A DNA stretch of 64,000 nt, taken from the NCBI RefSeq assembly GCF_002571385.2, contig NW_019218027.1, positions 130,637 through 194,636 of the forward strand. Reading direction: 5' to 3'. A program made the translations under genes and the position numbers. Positions 13,401 through 25,793 of the stretch are shown piece by piece (the first letter of the stretch is position 1; each line of letters begins with the position of its first letter). The notes under the pieces were generated by a model. That model saw only the letters and a program-made list of their open reading frames with translations. It was not told the origin of the DNA and ran no database searches. Source of the DNA: Stylophora pistillata (Eukaryota).

Positions 13401-16400
13401 CCCAAGGGTCTACGATTGCTGGTGAGTGTGTGACATCACTATATATTGCCCGGCATCAAATCATCTTGAAGTCTTGCTAGCGCGAATACGCGACAACCTC
13501 AATCTCCGCGCGATAATGGACGAAGAAACAAGCTCAGTTGTTCTCCTTCCCGAAGTGAAAGTAGAACCTATGGAAAACCCGGAAAATAATGGTGACAGTG
13601 AAGAAAGTTCGGTTGGAAGTCCAACGGACGAAAATTCGCTCCCCCGTTTTGGTGAAAGTTCAGAAGAAGACATTCAAAGGTTGTTGGAGCATCGCTCTTG
13701 TAGTGAAAATACATGGAGGTCCACAAAAAATGCCGTGAAAATTCTCCGCGACTACATGGAAGAAAAAAGTATGGATGTTAACTTCGAGAACTTGGATAAG
13801 GCAGCGTTGAATGATCTTTTGCGTAAATTTTACGTCGAAGCCCGCAAAAAGAACGGCGACTACTACAAGTCTTCTGCTCTGGGAAGCATACGCTTTGGTA
13901 TCCTGCGGTACTTACAGTCACAACAGAGCAATATAGACATCAAAAATGACCCTGAATTTACCGAATCAAACAAAATTTTTAAAGCTCAGGTGGAGAAGCT
14001 CAAAAAGCAAGGCAAAGGCGAGGTAAATCGTTCCGACATTGGCCCAGATGACCTAAAGAAGCTTTACCTGAGTGATGTCTTGTCGCCATTCAGCGCCGAT
14101 GGCTTGCAACGGAAAGTGTTCTTTGACCTGCTCATGTATTTGCCTGGAAAACGGAATCGTAGTAACGTGAGAGAACAAACCCGGGACACGTTTCTCGTGG
14201 GCTATGATTCATCTACTGGCTTGAAGTATATTTATCCTAACCCAGCACATTGTGAAAATGTTTTTACCGATGGAAAATGTCCTCGAATGAATGAGAAACC
14301 AGGTAACCTTTTATTTTTTTTTTTTTAGAAAACAAGCGAGAGTATTCAAAACCTTATAAATATTTTCGTAAATCGAGGCAAATTTTGTTTTTGGGGCTTG
14401 AAAACGATTTCTTACAAGAACTTTTCGAAAGCAAAGAACGCGTCAACAAATAGTATACAAAGTCGTTAAAAAGCGAAATTTCGCAAGTAAAATCTCTTAT
14501 AATAAGAGTGTTTGGTTGCAGTTGGAACAAGGTCTCTTAAACATATCTATATTGAAATTTTACTTTCACGTTAATTGATGCATGCCTCTCCAATTGAAGT
14601 TTGTGAAAGCTTTCTTATTTTACTGGGTTATGTCCTACAAAGTGGTTCAAAGTTAACCACCAAAATGAAATAACTGGCTTGGCAAAGTTTTATGACTTCA
14701 AACGTTTTTCACTGTTTGGTGGAAGGGAAGGAAGCTATTTATGTCAGTAGCATGAGGAAAGTTTTGTTCTGACAAAAAGATGGTCTAATATTTTGAAAGG
14801 ATTTTGAGTCTAGTTCAAAACACTTCAACCTGAAATTCACTAAACACATAGTAACAATATAAATTACAAAACAAGCTTAAAGAAGGCACATTTGCTTAAG
14901 AGTTTAGGTGAATCAGATGTCTGCTGAGGCCTCACTGAAAAAATCCTTGTTATTTTGAAAAGGGTCAGAGAAGGATCATGGCATTTTTCCTTTCACCCTT
15001 CCCCCCCCCAAAAAAAAAAAATCTCTTAAAACTTGTCCAATAATGGTATGCTGTGATGTGAGAGAGAGCATGATTTGTGCCTGGTAATTGAAACTATTTA
15101 ATTGTAAGCTATTGTCCATAAGGCGAGTTGAGCATTATGAAACATGAGCTTATGAGACCTAAAATATATGTGGTGTCTCTGATATTATGCAATACTTTAA
15201 AGATGCTTGGTTGGAGAATACTACTTGTATGTTGATATATTGGTTTTGAAATAAAGGAAAGGATTGTAAGATGAGAAATATTGCTTTCACCCCACCCTCC
15301 TTCAGGAAACCCAAGATGTCCGGTGGCGTCATTTCTGAAGTACCTGTCGAAGCTGAACCCAATGAACTTGTACCTATGGCAGAGACCAAAGGCATCCTTC
15401 AAACATCACGCTTGTGAAGATGACCCCATTTGGTATGAAAATGCTGCAGTTGGGCACAACTCCTTAGGGGAAATGATGACAAATATGTCCAAGCTTGCAC
15501 GGTTGTCCAGAATTTACACAAACAACTGTATCAGAGGTACTTATGTGGCAATTCTCGACAGCTTGGTCGAAGACTACCCTCTCATCACTACTTTAGTATC
15601 CATACCCAGCTCCCAAAGATTCCAACATATTCTCCCCAGAGATCCTTGTGATGAACGTCCAACCATGGTGCCTGTTACTGGAAAGTATATCTCAAGTTCA
15701 GAAGGGAAAACATCCCCAAGAACCAATGAAGGAGCCCCACCATCTAGTGCAGAGTCCAATAGAGAACAGGCTCAACTCACAAAGATAATGGTTCCAGGGA
15801 ATTTCTCTCATCTCCAACACCACCCTGGCAAGACAAGAAATTCTCCTCCTCAAGAAAGTAATGGAATTGATCATCGTGAGAAGCAAAGGGATGGAGGCCC
15901 AACAAGTCCAACAGAATCTGTTCTTGGCCTTCCATACCATTCCAGTCATAGAAATCTCCACAGTCCCTTTGTTGCGTACAGATTTTCTCAGCTTCATGCA
16001 GCTTCCCAAAATAACCTAGCACGCAATCTGCACCAACCATCACCTAAGACTTCTCTAAGTTTATCTCAGGGGTCAGTAACTCGGGCAGGAAGTAACCATG
16101 CAGGGCTTGCAAATTCAAGAGTTGTTTATTGTCAAACATTGCCAGCAATGGCCTCATCATCAACGTTGTCACTCACTGCGGTAAGTGGCCACAAAAGACA
16201 CATTTCCTCTGTCAGTAATACAAATTATAAACTGTTCTCTTACTCCAGTGTGCAAAAGTTTACCAAATGGGTTATATCCTAAGCCATGACACTACAAAGG
16301 GTGGTCTCTGGGTTGTATTGTGAACTTTAAAACATATCTTTTTATGTTCACAACATTAGTAATTTACAGTAAGTTATGTATGATGCACAATGTTTCCCAA

Positions 16401-17928
16401 AATATGATAATAACAAACATGCAAATGCAATTAAAATCATATTGCAATTTAAAGTAAATATTAACAATCAAAAGGTACTTTTTAAACATGCTGGTAAGAA
16501 CAAATTAGTTAGCTGCCTACAATTGTTTTTTTTTTTTATGTGGCCCTGACTTAGTTACACACACTTTTCACTTGAACTCCTTACTAAGTGACATGTAGAT
16601 GACTGGTTGTTTCTGTGACTGACAGCATCGCTCAAGTGATAATAGTCCAATGACAGGAAGTCCTCTAACCACTCATGTGCTGGACACAGCCAGAGGTTCA
16701 CCAGCTAAGAACTTGCCAATTCAGTTGTACTTTGAAGAAATGCGTCCAGACAGTAGAATGTGGAAACATATTACCTCAGGGTAAGACAGACTTAATTCAG
16801 TTGTTCAATTTTGAAACTAATAGTGGATTGATTTGGATTTGCTTTACCAGTCTTTACTCTTTTACTGGTTAGAAAAGGTGCATTTCCCTCACTGCCATCA
16901 AATGCAAAACTCAAAAGTCCAGTCACAGCTTGGTAACTTCAGTTTTTGCACACTTCAAGCAATTTGCTTGTCTTTACTCTGAGTTTTCAATTGTTCTTTT
17001 TTATATTTTCATTAGCCCTTGTTAGCCATTGTTATCACTGTTAACTTGGTTTTACAACAATCAATAAAAAAGGTAGACTCTGAAACATCAATCAAATATT
17101 CAATACATCGAGATCTAGCAGTACATATACTGATAGTTATTGAAAAAATTTATTCGCATTTGGTGTTTATTTTTGAACTTACATTTTGTGAGTAAACCAA
17201 CTTGGAATGTTTTTGCTTTATTTTGACCTTTTCCTTCAGGGTAACTAATGCTGATGGTAGAGTACCCAACTTACTAACTCAAGAACAGTTTATACCTGGT
17301 AAATACATGATCAGATTTGAGACAGAGGCATACTTCAAGGACATTGGGGTTTCTTCATTTTTCTATCCATATGTAGAGGTAATGAAAGCGTAAAATACTG
17401 TTATTTAAAATATTCACATCAACACTGATTCTAGGCATTGTCCACATTATGCTGCACTTCTTCCCTATATCTAGAGGTACAATAATCACAAATTTGCTGT
17501 GCTGCAAATATATTGGTACTCATTAGTTGTGTCTACATTCTTCCATCAAACATTGCAAATTGCTTCCCCAAGTTCATGCAGAAAAATCCCTGTAGATATC
17601 AAGAATTTCCAGTGTCTTGTAAGTCAACAACTTCCTTCAGCTTCATAATCATTATGGTAGTTGAACTTAGGGGAGTGCAATTCAGTCTGCGATCAAGTGT
17701 ATGTTTTAAACATGAAACAAGCATACAATACTAGGTTGATTTAATATTGCAGGCACAGATGACCTCAGCAAATGAATTATCTGCTCTCTATTGACAGATC
17801 ACAATATTTTGCTCAACTTGTCCATTGTTCTTTTTCAGATCGTGTTTCTCGTCAATGACTCATCTCAGCACTATCATGTTCCTCTTCTTCTCAGTCCGTT
17901 CTCTTACTCAACCTATCGTGGAAGCTGA
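7440..17928 (+). CDS. URAH: 5-hydroxyisourate hydrolase (transthyretin-like), PTS2-bearing isoform, ~145 aa
   Basis: Exons: 7440-7493 ([18 protein letters not shown]; PTS2 RLx5HI; donor GTTAGT, phase 0), 16626-16780 ([13 protein letters not shown]), 17240-17378 (TNADGR...FYPYVE), 17839-17928 ([19 protein letters not shown]). The C-terminal YRGS is the HIUase signature. Catalytic exons are secure; the exon-1 link is inferred. Confidence 0.9.
8677..8832 (-). mobile_element. Penelope-like element pseudo-LTR fragment with a mutated hammerhead (CCGACGA)
   Basis: Reverse complement of the 61037-61192 segment. Confidence 0.8.
9786..10004. mobile_element. Decayed palindromic repeat, related to the copy at ~43524-43690, with degenerate hammerhead-like cores
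   Basis: Ends TGTAGTCTGAT...ATCAGACTACA; internal CAGGTT...GTCAGTCACT segments are shared with 43593-43637. Confidence 0.55.
13516..16282 (+). CDS. Crypton-derived DUF3504 (tyrosine-recombinase-like) protein, KCTD1b/ZMYM/QRICH1-like, nested in URAH intron 1; ~587 aa stand-alone or ~681 aa if spliced to URAH
   Basis: Exons 13516-14302 and 15306-16180 (or to stop 16282) join in phase 1. Motifs: [109 protein letters not shown]. Confidence 0.88.
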
Positions 17929-19526
17929 AACCTCATGTGGGCTACTTCAAAGTGGATACACAGCTGATGATTGTCAGAAAAATGACAAGCTTGTTTACAA
18001 AGGCAATTTCTAATTTTGTTATTGGTGTAGGCTGGTGTAAATTTAGGGACAGGTCTTGTTTGGTTCATTTTAAGATACAGTTGCAGATGTTTTCTTCCAA
18101 ATTTTTCAAGAGCTACAACAGAAAGCTTTTGGCATGTTTGTTAAATAAAGTTATACTTTTATTGTATCTTTTTAATTTTTGTTATTCAGACCCTATTGAT
18201 ACAAGTTCACGGTTTAACTCTAGCTGATATAATGTTGGGGTGTGACTAGAACTTCCATGAATTTTCATATCTTATCACAACTATCTAAAATGGTCTAGAT
18301 TAAGCCTGATAAGTGACATTAGTCCAGCATCCTTTCACTGACCTTTGGCAGCCTCATGCTTGCTTAGATTTGCAGGGTCTCAATAGATAAGGCTTGCGCC
18401 TGTTGCTATTTTCTCTCACCTTAAAGCTTTGTGCCACTGTGTCCTAGTAAGATATCAGACATGCAGAACGAGGTAGATTTAGTGTTTCCAAGCTCTCAAT
18501 CAGGGAGGAGAAAGTGGACCCAATGCTCAGAAAACTGTAATCTCTTATTTTTCACACTAACCATGGCACTAGAACCTTTTAGTTGAGCTGCAAGGTTCTA
18601 GTTCTGGGACCAAACTGGTCTACATGGCTTTAAGTGCCTGACCATGCACTTAGGAATATTCTGATTTGCTTCTAGTTTCTAAGCACAAATTACTCCATTT
18701 AAAAATAAATTCAAGGTGACTGTTGGTATTCTTTGCAGCCATTATAAGACTTGTTCAGACTTTTTTCAGAGGGAGACAGCAACCGAAGAAGGTTAATACT
18801 AATTCTAGTGTGCTTTAATGCTAGTAAATTGACTGTGTGGTCATCATTTTAACCCTACTTGTGCTGACCAAAGAGGTGCCACTGATATCTTAAGAAAAGT
18901 TTACCCTATTTGGAGCAAACATTGGGGAGACAAGAAGATATTTACCAGACACTTGAACACCAAACAAATCAGATGGATAGAGATAACTCTAAACAATTAT
19001 GTCACTTTGTTGTTGGACAAGAAATGAGATTCCATTGAAGTTGGTTGACCTTTATTTAAGTTAGTTGATTGTTACTTAAACTTTCCTTACAATTTGTCAA
19101 CAATAACAGTTTTAAATATGGCTCCAAAAAGATAAAATTATTTTCAGTGAAATAAACATATTCAGATAATTTCTTATGTACAAATGTATAAAATTGGTAT
19201 GTACAACTTTTCAAGGAAACTTAAAATTATAACTTATTGAATGGATTGCTTTGAAACTCGTAAAAATACTTGTGCAACCAAATTTATTTGTTCAAATTAT
19301 AGTAAACTAGTCACTTAAAATTGCACAGTTTCGTCATTCCATCAGTATTCTCTACAATAACTACAAACAATTTTTAACAGCAGAAACTGTAAGAATGAGT
19401 ATTGATTATCCATTATGCAGTTCATATGAAAATTTCAACCACATTTTCCTTAATTCTTATCCCTCTTCTTACTTATTGCTCTTGGAATTAATAATTTAAC
19501 CAGATCATCCAACAATAAATATTGAT

Positions 19527-22390
19527 TTATGAAAGATCATCTTTAGAGAAAAAATTTACTACAGCCTCATAAGTTAAAAACATTAACGCAGTGTTTGGAA
19601 CTTGTCGGAGAAGGTGTGTTCCCAGTCCACCATAAAGTCCTGTTCTTCCTTCCTCAAGCAGAATTTTTCTAAAAGCCTGGAAGAATGAGTGATATCTTCT
19701 TTTTCCATCTACTTCTTTTTGTCGTAGTCGTGTTCTGATTACTTCATGAGGATATGCCATAACAGAGGCAATACACTTTGACGTTGCAGCAGCCATCATA
19801 AATTGCAAAAAGTCCACTACATTTTTCTCATGAGTCCCTCTCAATTTGAAACGATGCCTCTGTACTTCTGCTTTGATATGTTCATAGATCACAAAGTGAA
19901 TAACAGTTTCTGTAACACCAATGTAGGTTGCAGTCAGCCCTCGATAGAAACCCTTTATCCCATCAGTTTTCCATATATTCTGGATAAGTTTCAATACTTG
20001 CCCCTTGGAAGCCCTGAAATGGAAACAAACAAATAAAAATGAAGCCCAGCTCTGTATTTTATTTGTAATGTTTCAAGGAAAGATGTAAATTTTCGAAAAC
20101 ACTGCTTGCAACATAAATGCTCCTTATTCTCCTTTACAATAAGTGGGGCTGTTTAAATATGTAAAGATTCAGTTTTTTACCTATTATCCAATTGCAGTCT
20201 TGTCTTGATGACCCAGAGAGGACTTGTCAATGATGAAGTCACAATCCCTGAATTAAATTAAAAGGATTAATACAGGTACAAACAACTTTGTTTGCAAAAA
20301 AAGTAACTGCAACTGTTGATAGCATCAAGTGCTACACAATGGACAATGCATTTATCCACTATTAAAAGCTAAACATTCCTGTTGATAAAGTTTTTCTATG
20401 CCATTAGAAAAATAAGACTCACACCTCACGAGATGATACTTTATGAAAATTTTAGTTAAAACACACCTGCTGAGCAAGCTGATCCTATATGTACAACTTT
20501 GCTTTCTGGTGACACAAAGCCGCTTCTGTTGAGAACATGTTTAGCTTTAGCATACACTGTGAAGTACAGTGCTCTCGAAGGGGCAACTCCAACTAATGTA
20601 GGCCCGAGGCCCTTGAATAGGGCTGCCACACCTTCCGTCTGGGTGATATGTTTTAAACAGGACAGAACACCAACAGGTCTTGAGTAACTGATCTCCACAG
20701 GAATACTCCACACCCCACCTGGACCAGTAGCTGATGGGTACAGAACATGTCTAAAGGCTGGAACTGAGGACTTAAAGAGTAAGACTAGTTTTAATGGTGA
20801 GACTAATAACAGGAAGGTATTTGTCGCACTGTTTATCATCTAAAATTTCTGTTATGTTTTATGGCTCCTCTTCAGGGCCTCTTTTTAACAGGCCAGCAAT
20901 CAAGACTGCCCACTTGATTTGCATATTTTGTCGGGGAACTCTTCATCTTGGTTAGGAAGCCAACATTAAGGCCAACTACCTTTCACTAACACAAGAAATT
21001 ACAGCTTGGTCACCCCAATGAAAATATACTGGGCTTTGAATTTAAGTTCCAGTAACCAGCCTATGGTGTTCAAACGTACATTTCACGTTTTGGTGCTTGG
21101 TGGCCCACCTATCCCAGTTGCCAAGTGGAAATTCTGATAGGAAAAAAAGGCCGGGTAACAATCTGAAAAACCAAACCAGCCCAGTTGACAAGACTCTTGA
21201 TAAGCTACAACTCAAGTCATTCTTTGGAAGCAGACAACCATTGAACGGACACCTACATAATCCAGATCAGCCCCCACAAAAACGTGACTGCCATCCGAGT
21301 GTACTTTGCAACCATGACACTAACGCAATCCCACAAAGTACACTATCTCGCCAGTAATTTTACTTTGAGAGGGTCTGCATGAAAATAAACTCAGCAACTT
21401 TGATTGCTAAAGAGTTTAAATCACATCCTGACAAATTATTACTCCAAGTGGTACTGTGGGCTTAATTTTGTCCCATCCGCAATCGCGCGCTTTCGCAAAG
21501 ATAACATGGAAAGCAAGTCTTCAAAGTTATACACAAATTGCGACATAAATATTGCAGATAGGAAAGCATGACTCTAAGATGAAAAAAAAAAAAGCTTTAA
21601 AATATATCTAAAGGCTTATATATAGGAGTTCTTGACGATTTTGGATAACCGTACCTGCAATCTCGTCTTTACAACTTCCAGAGGACAAGTCAATGTAGCA
21701 CCAACGGTTCCTCCAATACTGAAGAGTGAAATGCAAAATTTGCTGAGCTTGCTAACTTACTTCTTACACTTTCAACGTTAATTCTTGCACTTTCACATTC
21801 TAGATTACTACTAACATCCACTTTTGAGAACGCACACTTATGCAACGGCGTCGCAAGTTAACAATTGTTTCACACATGATCGATGAAGTGACGAAGGCAT
21901 TTAAAGGAGAAGCTTTACTCTAGGTGAATCTCTGCTAATATCGAAACTAGACCATAAACGGATGCGTTTAGAAAGCGAAAATGTATCAGACGAGCTCCTA
22001 TAAGATTGATTGTGTAATCATAAGCATACGATTGACAATGTCCCATCTTCTCGTTAGGAATCTTGAACCCTTACTTCACAGTACTATATTTCTCAACAGA
22101 ACATAGCTACCTTTCATGGAAAGATAGAAAATAGCACACAAAGTACACCTGGAGAGGCACGATTTTATCCACAGAAAATGGTGGACTCGTTCAAGCAAAA
22201 CAACGGCCGACAGGATGTTATGGCATGTGTATTTGAAACGTTCAAACGAAGGGAAACAGATCTTGTTTCGAACATACCCTCCAGCCACTAAATGGACGTA
22301 CGGGGACCTTCCTTTACTCATGTCTGGATGGATCTCGCAGTGCAAAAGATTTACTTTGGTGTCACCCAGAGTATTTTGGTAACTGGTCAT
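19527..22390 (-). CDS. SLC25A36: Mitochondrial pyrimidine nucleotide carrier SLC25A33/36-like, 5-exon copy
   Basis: Exons (minus) 22390 (or 22321)-22278, 21718-21655, 20770-20467, 20247-20181, 20013-19527 are in frame. Motifs HLVAGG, TCPLEVVKTRLQ, GVAPSRA, PLWVIKTRLQ, YPHEVIRTRLR, RQVPNTA. The SLC25A33 versus 36 assignment is not resolvable. Confidence 0.92.
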
Positions 22391-22479
22391 GGATGGTTTT
22401 TTCTAATGAACCTTGTACTCTGTTTACTACTACAAGAATCACATGGCCATCGCTGCAGAGGGATGGCTGGACTTAATTT

Positions 22480-22696
22480 GATTGGTTACTCAATCACTTT
22501 CACGTGGTCTTCATTCACAAATTTGCATCAAAGGTCACACTTTTCACGTGAACATGGTGACGTTTTTTTCCCTAGGGGGAGGGATTCAAACCCTAACTAC
22601 GTGACCCCGCTGATTCGTGAATTGCCGCACGTGGAAGAGACATGCATACTTTCTTCATTTTTGCATCGAATAATTTTGATTTAGGAAATTACGTAA
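22480..22696. promoter_or_regulatory. Promoter of the spliced SLC25A33/36 gene with clustered E-boxes
   Basis: ATTGG near 22481; CACGTG at 22501, 22545 and 22628; ATTTGCAT at 22521; TTACGTAA at 22689. Confidence 0.5.
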
Positions 22697-23216
22697 CTTT
22701 TACGACATGATGTAGAAGGCTAACGTTCAGTGGTAAAGCCAGATGAGCGGCAGAATCACGAAGTGTGTCTAAAATAAGACGCGCGAAAATATAAAGAGGT
22801 GTGTTGAGAGGTGGGGAGGGGGAGGAGGAAGGGTGCGATTAGCTCAAAACAACATGTCGTCTTTGTTCCGGTTTTCCTGAAGGAGAGTTTAGGGTACTCG
22901 TGTCACGGACAGTATCCAAAGCCTGTGTTCTACTGTGCGAATGACGCATTCGAAATACACTACAGGCAATATCCCATGTTTTGACAACAGCACGTATAAA
23001 CCATGCAAGACATGCAACAAATTTCCTCCGAGTTTTTCCGGGGCTTAAAGCAGCCAAAATATCAAATCCCTTTTGTTTTATGTGGGCACAAGGTAACGAT
23101 CCTAGAGTTGACCTAAAGAGTTACGAGCGTTTACGCAAACAGAAATGGAGCTATGCTATTGATGGGAACATGGTAACGTGAAGAACAATTAGTAAATGAA
23201 AAGCGTTCGTTGATAC

Positions 23217-23310
23217 TGTTCGAATCCCGTACAGGCCTGAAATTTTTTTCAGGTCTGATTTTCACTATTGCTCAAATAGTGCTTTACTGCGAAGGATCGT
23301 GCTCATATAC
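23217..23310 (+). mobile_element. 5'-truncated tRNA-derived SINE (same family as 37333-37672)
   Basis: GTTCGAATCCCGTACAGGCCTGA...CAGGTCTGATTTTC matches the arms of the 37.4-37.7 kb element. Confidence 0.75.
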
Positions 23311-24579
23311 ATTAAAAGAGATTGGTAGATAAATTTTTGTTCCAGAGTTTTGCGGATCTCCGAACTTACCTAGATGTGGGAAAAGGCCACAGACCGACAT
23401 TGTTGTATATTCATTTAGTGAAGATACTCACTCTTCGGATTGCTTTCTATTGTCTCTCTTTATTCATCGATCAAGAATATGATAAGCTGGCACAATCATG
23501 TCACTTGGTTACCGTACTTTCACATCGTTCAGTAGCCCTAAAGTAATATCACTAACACTGGTACAAGTAATTTTAGACTCCTTATACTTTGTTTTCAATA
23601 CATTACAGCCTCAATCTGTTTGGTTCTTAGCACAGTTCGGATTTTCCTATAATTGCTCCGAGGTAAGACGTAGTATTTTTTATGTGACATTAATGTGACA
23701 GTTATGTGACATTACTGCAATACAGATGGTTCACTATACAAGTGTTGGGAAAAATATCCAAGTTAAAAATGATTTCCTCTTTGAGACCGCATGCAGTATG
23801 TGTCGAAGGTGACTGAATTAGCGAGGCGCGATGTGTGTAACAAGTAAGTTTAACGTCGCTGTGAATCTGTCGTCGTGAAATAAAAGCCCTGAACTTGACT
23901 TGAAGAACTCAGTCAAAATGTTCATTACACCTACCCCTCTATATAATGGTGGGGTGTTATGACGAACTACGCTACCCGACCCAGATCCCCTTCCGCAATG
24001 GACTGCGGCGCGGGTTAACTGCGGGTTAACTGTAGCGAAGTGAACTTAAACCTTTTTTGTACAAAAATACCCAAAATACTTGTTCTCTAAGGACGCAAAT
24101 CGAGAAAAAATGACAGACTCTTCTTTATTAAGCTTCGTTTTTGTTTTTATTTACCTTCGTTTTGAGTGAAAAGCCCTGACGAACGCCCCAAAACATGGCA
24201 GCTCTACGAGGGCCCAGCCGAGTTGCTTAAAGTGATCACAGGTTGCTTGAAACCTGTATGAAATCTAACAGGCATACTGTCTAAGGTGAGGCAATTTTTT
24301 ATAAAAAAAAAATATCCAGGATCTATAAAATTCTACACTTCAAAGGCACAACAGATAATTAGTTGAAATAAGATTATTATTGGCTCTGATATGATTATTT
24401 TTTATTTAGAAACAAAATAATGAATATCAGTATATGCCCAACACTTTCCAGAACCTTGAGCAACTCACAACCCATCTTACGGATAGTTATCTGACGATGT
24501 TTTTTTTTTTTTAAGGAAGTCTTAGCTGCCTTGTTTCGGTGTCTTCGTACAGATCATGTGACTGTATCTGAGGGATTAT

Positions 24580-24853
24580 CAACATGATCTCGAGACCGAA
24601 ATAATGATTATCGTTACTTCTTAATTGGCACCAAATTAATGATTATGGTAATTTCATGACATGCGTTCTCGACGCTTTGAAATGAAGAGGAGGCTTCAGT
24701 TTTACACTCGTACAGCATCCAAGATGGCGGAAGAAGGTGCTTTCAGTTATGATGGATTATTTTGTGAGCCTCTTTGTGAAATTACTATAATCATTAATTT
24801 GGTGCCAATTAAGAAGTAACGATAATCATTATTTCGGTCTCGAGATCATGTTG
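24580..24853. mobile_element. MITE with ~77-bp TIRs and 6-bp TSD
   Basis: TIR CAACATGATCTCGAGACCGAAAT... near-perfect (24580-24656 vs 24777-24853); GATTAT flanks both sides (24574-24579, 24854-24859). Confidence 0.9.
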
Positions 24854-25380
24854 GATTATTTGCAAGACGATTTTTATGTTCCAACCTCCTTCCCAGGGTT
24901 CTCAGGAAGGAATAGAGGGGAGCTTGGGAACGAAATTAATAATGCACTCCTGATATCAATAAAGAGAAGTCATTAAGCCTTTTAAGGGTTTTTTGTCCTC
25001 AGTAACATCACGAACAAGTTCTATGAAGAAAAAAATTAGGCGGTGATTTTTCAAAGAGGGAAGGGCAAGGGGTGTGGATTAAACTGTCACAACCTAATCC
25101 CCAGGCCCTTCCCCCCTTCATTTAGAGGCAAAGGAAAAAATGAAACTGAGGACTAGATTGACTGTGTCACACAGGGTACTATCTCAGTAAGTTGCGATGT
25201 AGACATACACTTTGTGATTTACTTTAATTTACTATGTTGGAGTTTTTCAGATGAGAAGTGAGTGTGAGAAAGGAACTAAGCTACCGAAAAAATCATTAAT
25301 AATGGTTCCTGTTTATAATTATTATTCTGTTAACTATCTGAATTTAAAGAACCGTTTACAAAAATTTTTAAGAAAAAAAG

Positions 25381-25793
25381 TGCAGTTGAACCTGTATTAA
25401 GCGGTCACCCATGGAGAATGGTGGGGTGACCACTTAACACAGGTTCCACAAATTAGGGGTATCATAAAATGCCATAGACAATGCCTCTTTATGCCATAAT
25501 TGACCACTAATGTACAGAATCTTGCTCAAAAATACCACTCAATATAGTTTTTGGGGGAGAATCATGTATTAATAATTACTTGAAAGACTTATTCTCAGTG
25601 TTGATTGAGTAGTAGGGCATCAAGTGATCATTCTATACAGGTAGAAGACAATACAAAGAAGCCTTTGGGATTTAATAAAGGGTGACCGTGACTGCTAAAT
25701 ATAGCTCAAACAATTTCAGGACTTTGGTAACCAACTGCTGAACACAGGGTGTCACTGCTTGATATAGCGCCACTTTGTACAAATTCCACTGTA
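25381..25793. mobile_element. Degenerate Tc1/mariner-type MITE (CAGT...ACTG); related fragment at ~47020-47220
   Basis: Starts CAGTTGAACCTGTATTAAGCGGTCACC and ends TTCCACTGTA; repeated GTGACC motifs. Confidence 0.5.

Noticed and set aside
13516-16282. Active Crypton transposon
   Set aside because: Catalytic motif degenerate, long low-complexity tail and no recognisable element termini; treated as a domesticated gene.
16626-17928. Transthyretin (thyroid hormone carrier)
   Set aside because: The HVLD, DGR and C-terminal YRGS motifs identify the HIU hydrolase subfamily.
23960-24292. CpG-rich segment with ATGGCAGC and an AAG|GTGAGG donor, a possible extra gene or lncRNA
   Set aside because: The ORF is only 11 codons and I found no downstream exons or snoRNA boxes; it may be an old transposon. 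Not supportable without RNA data.
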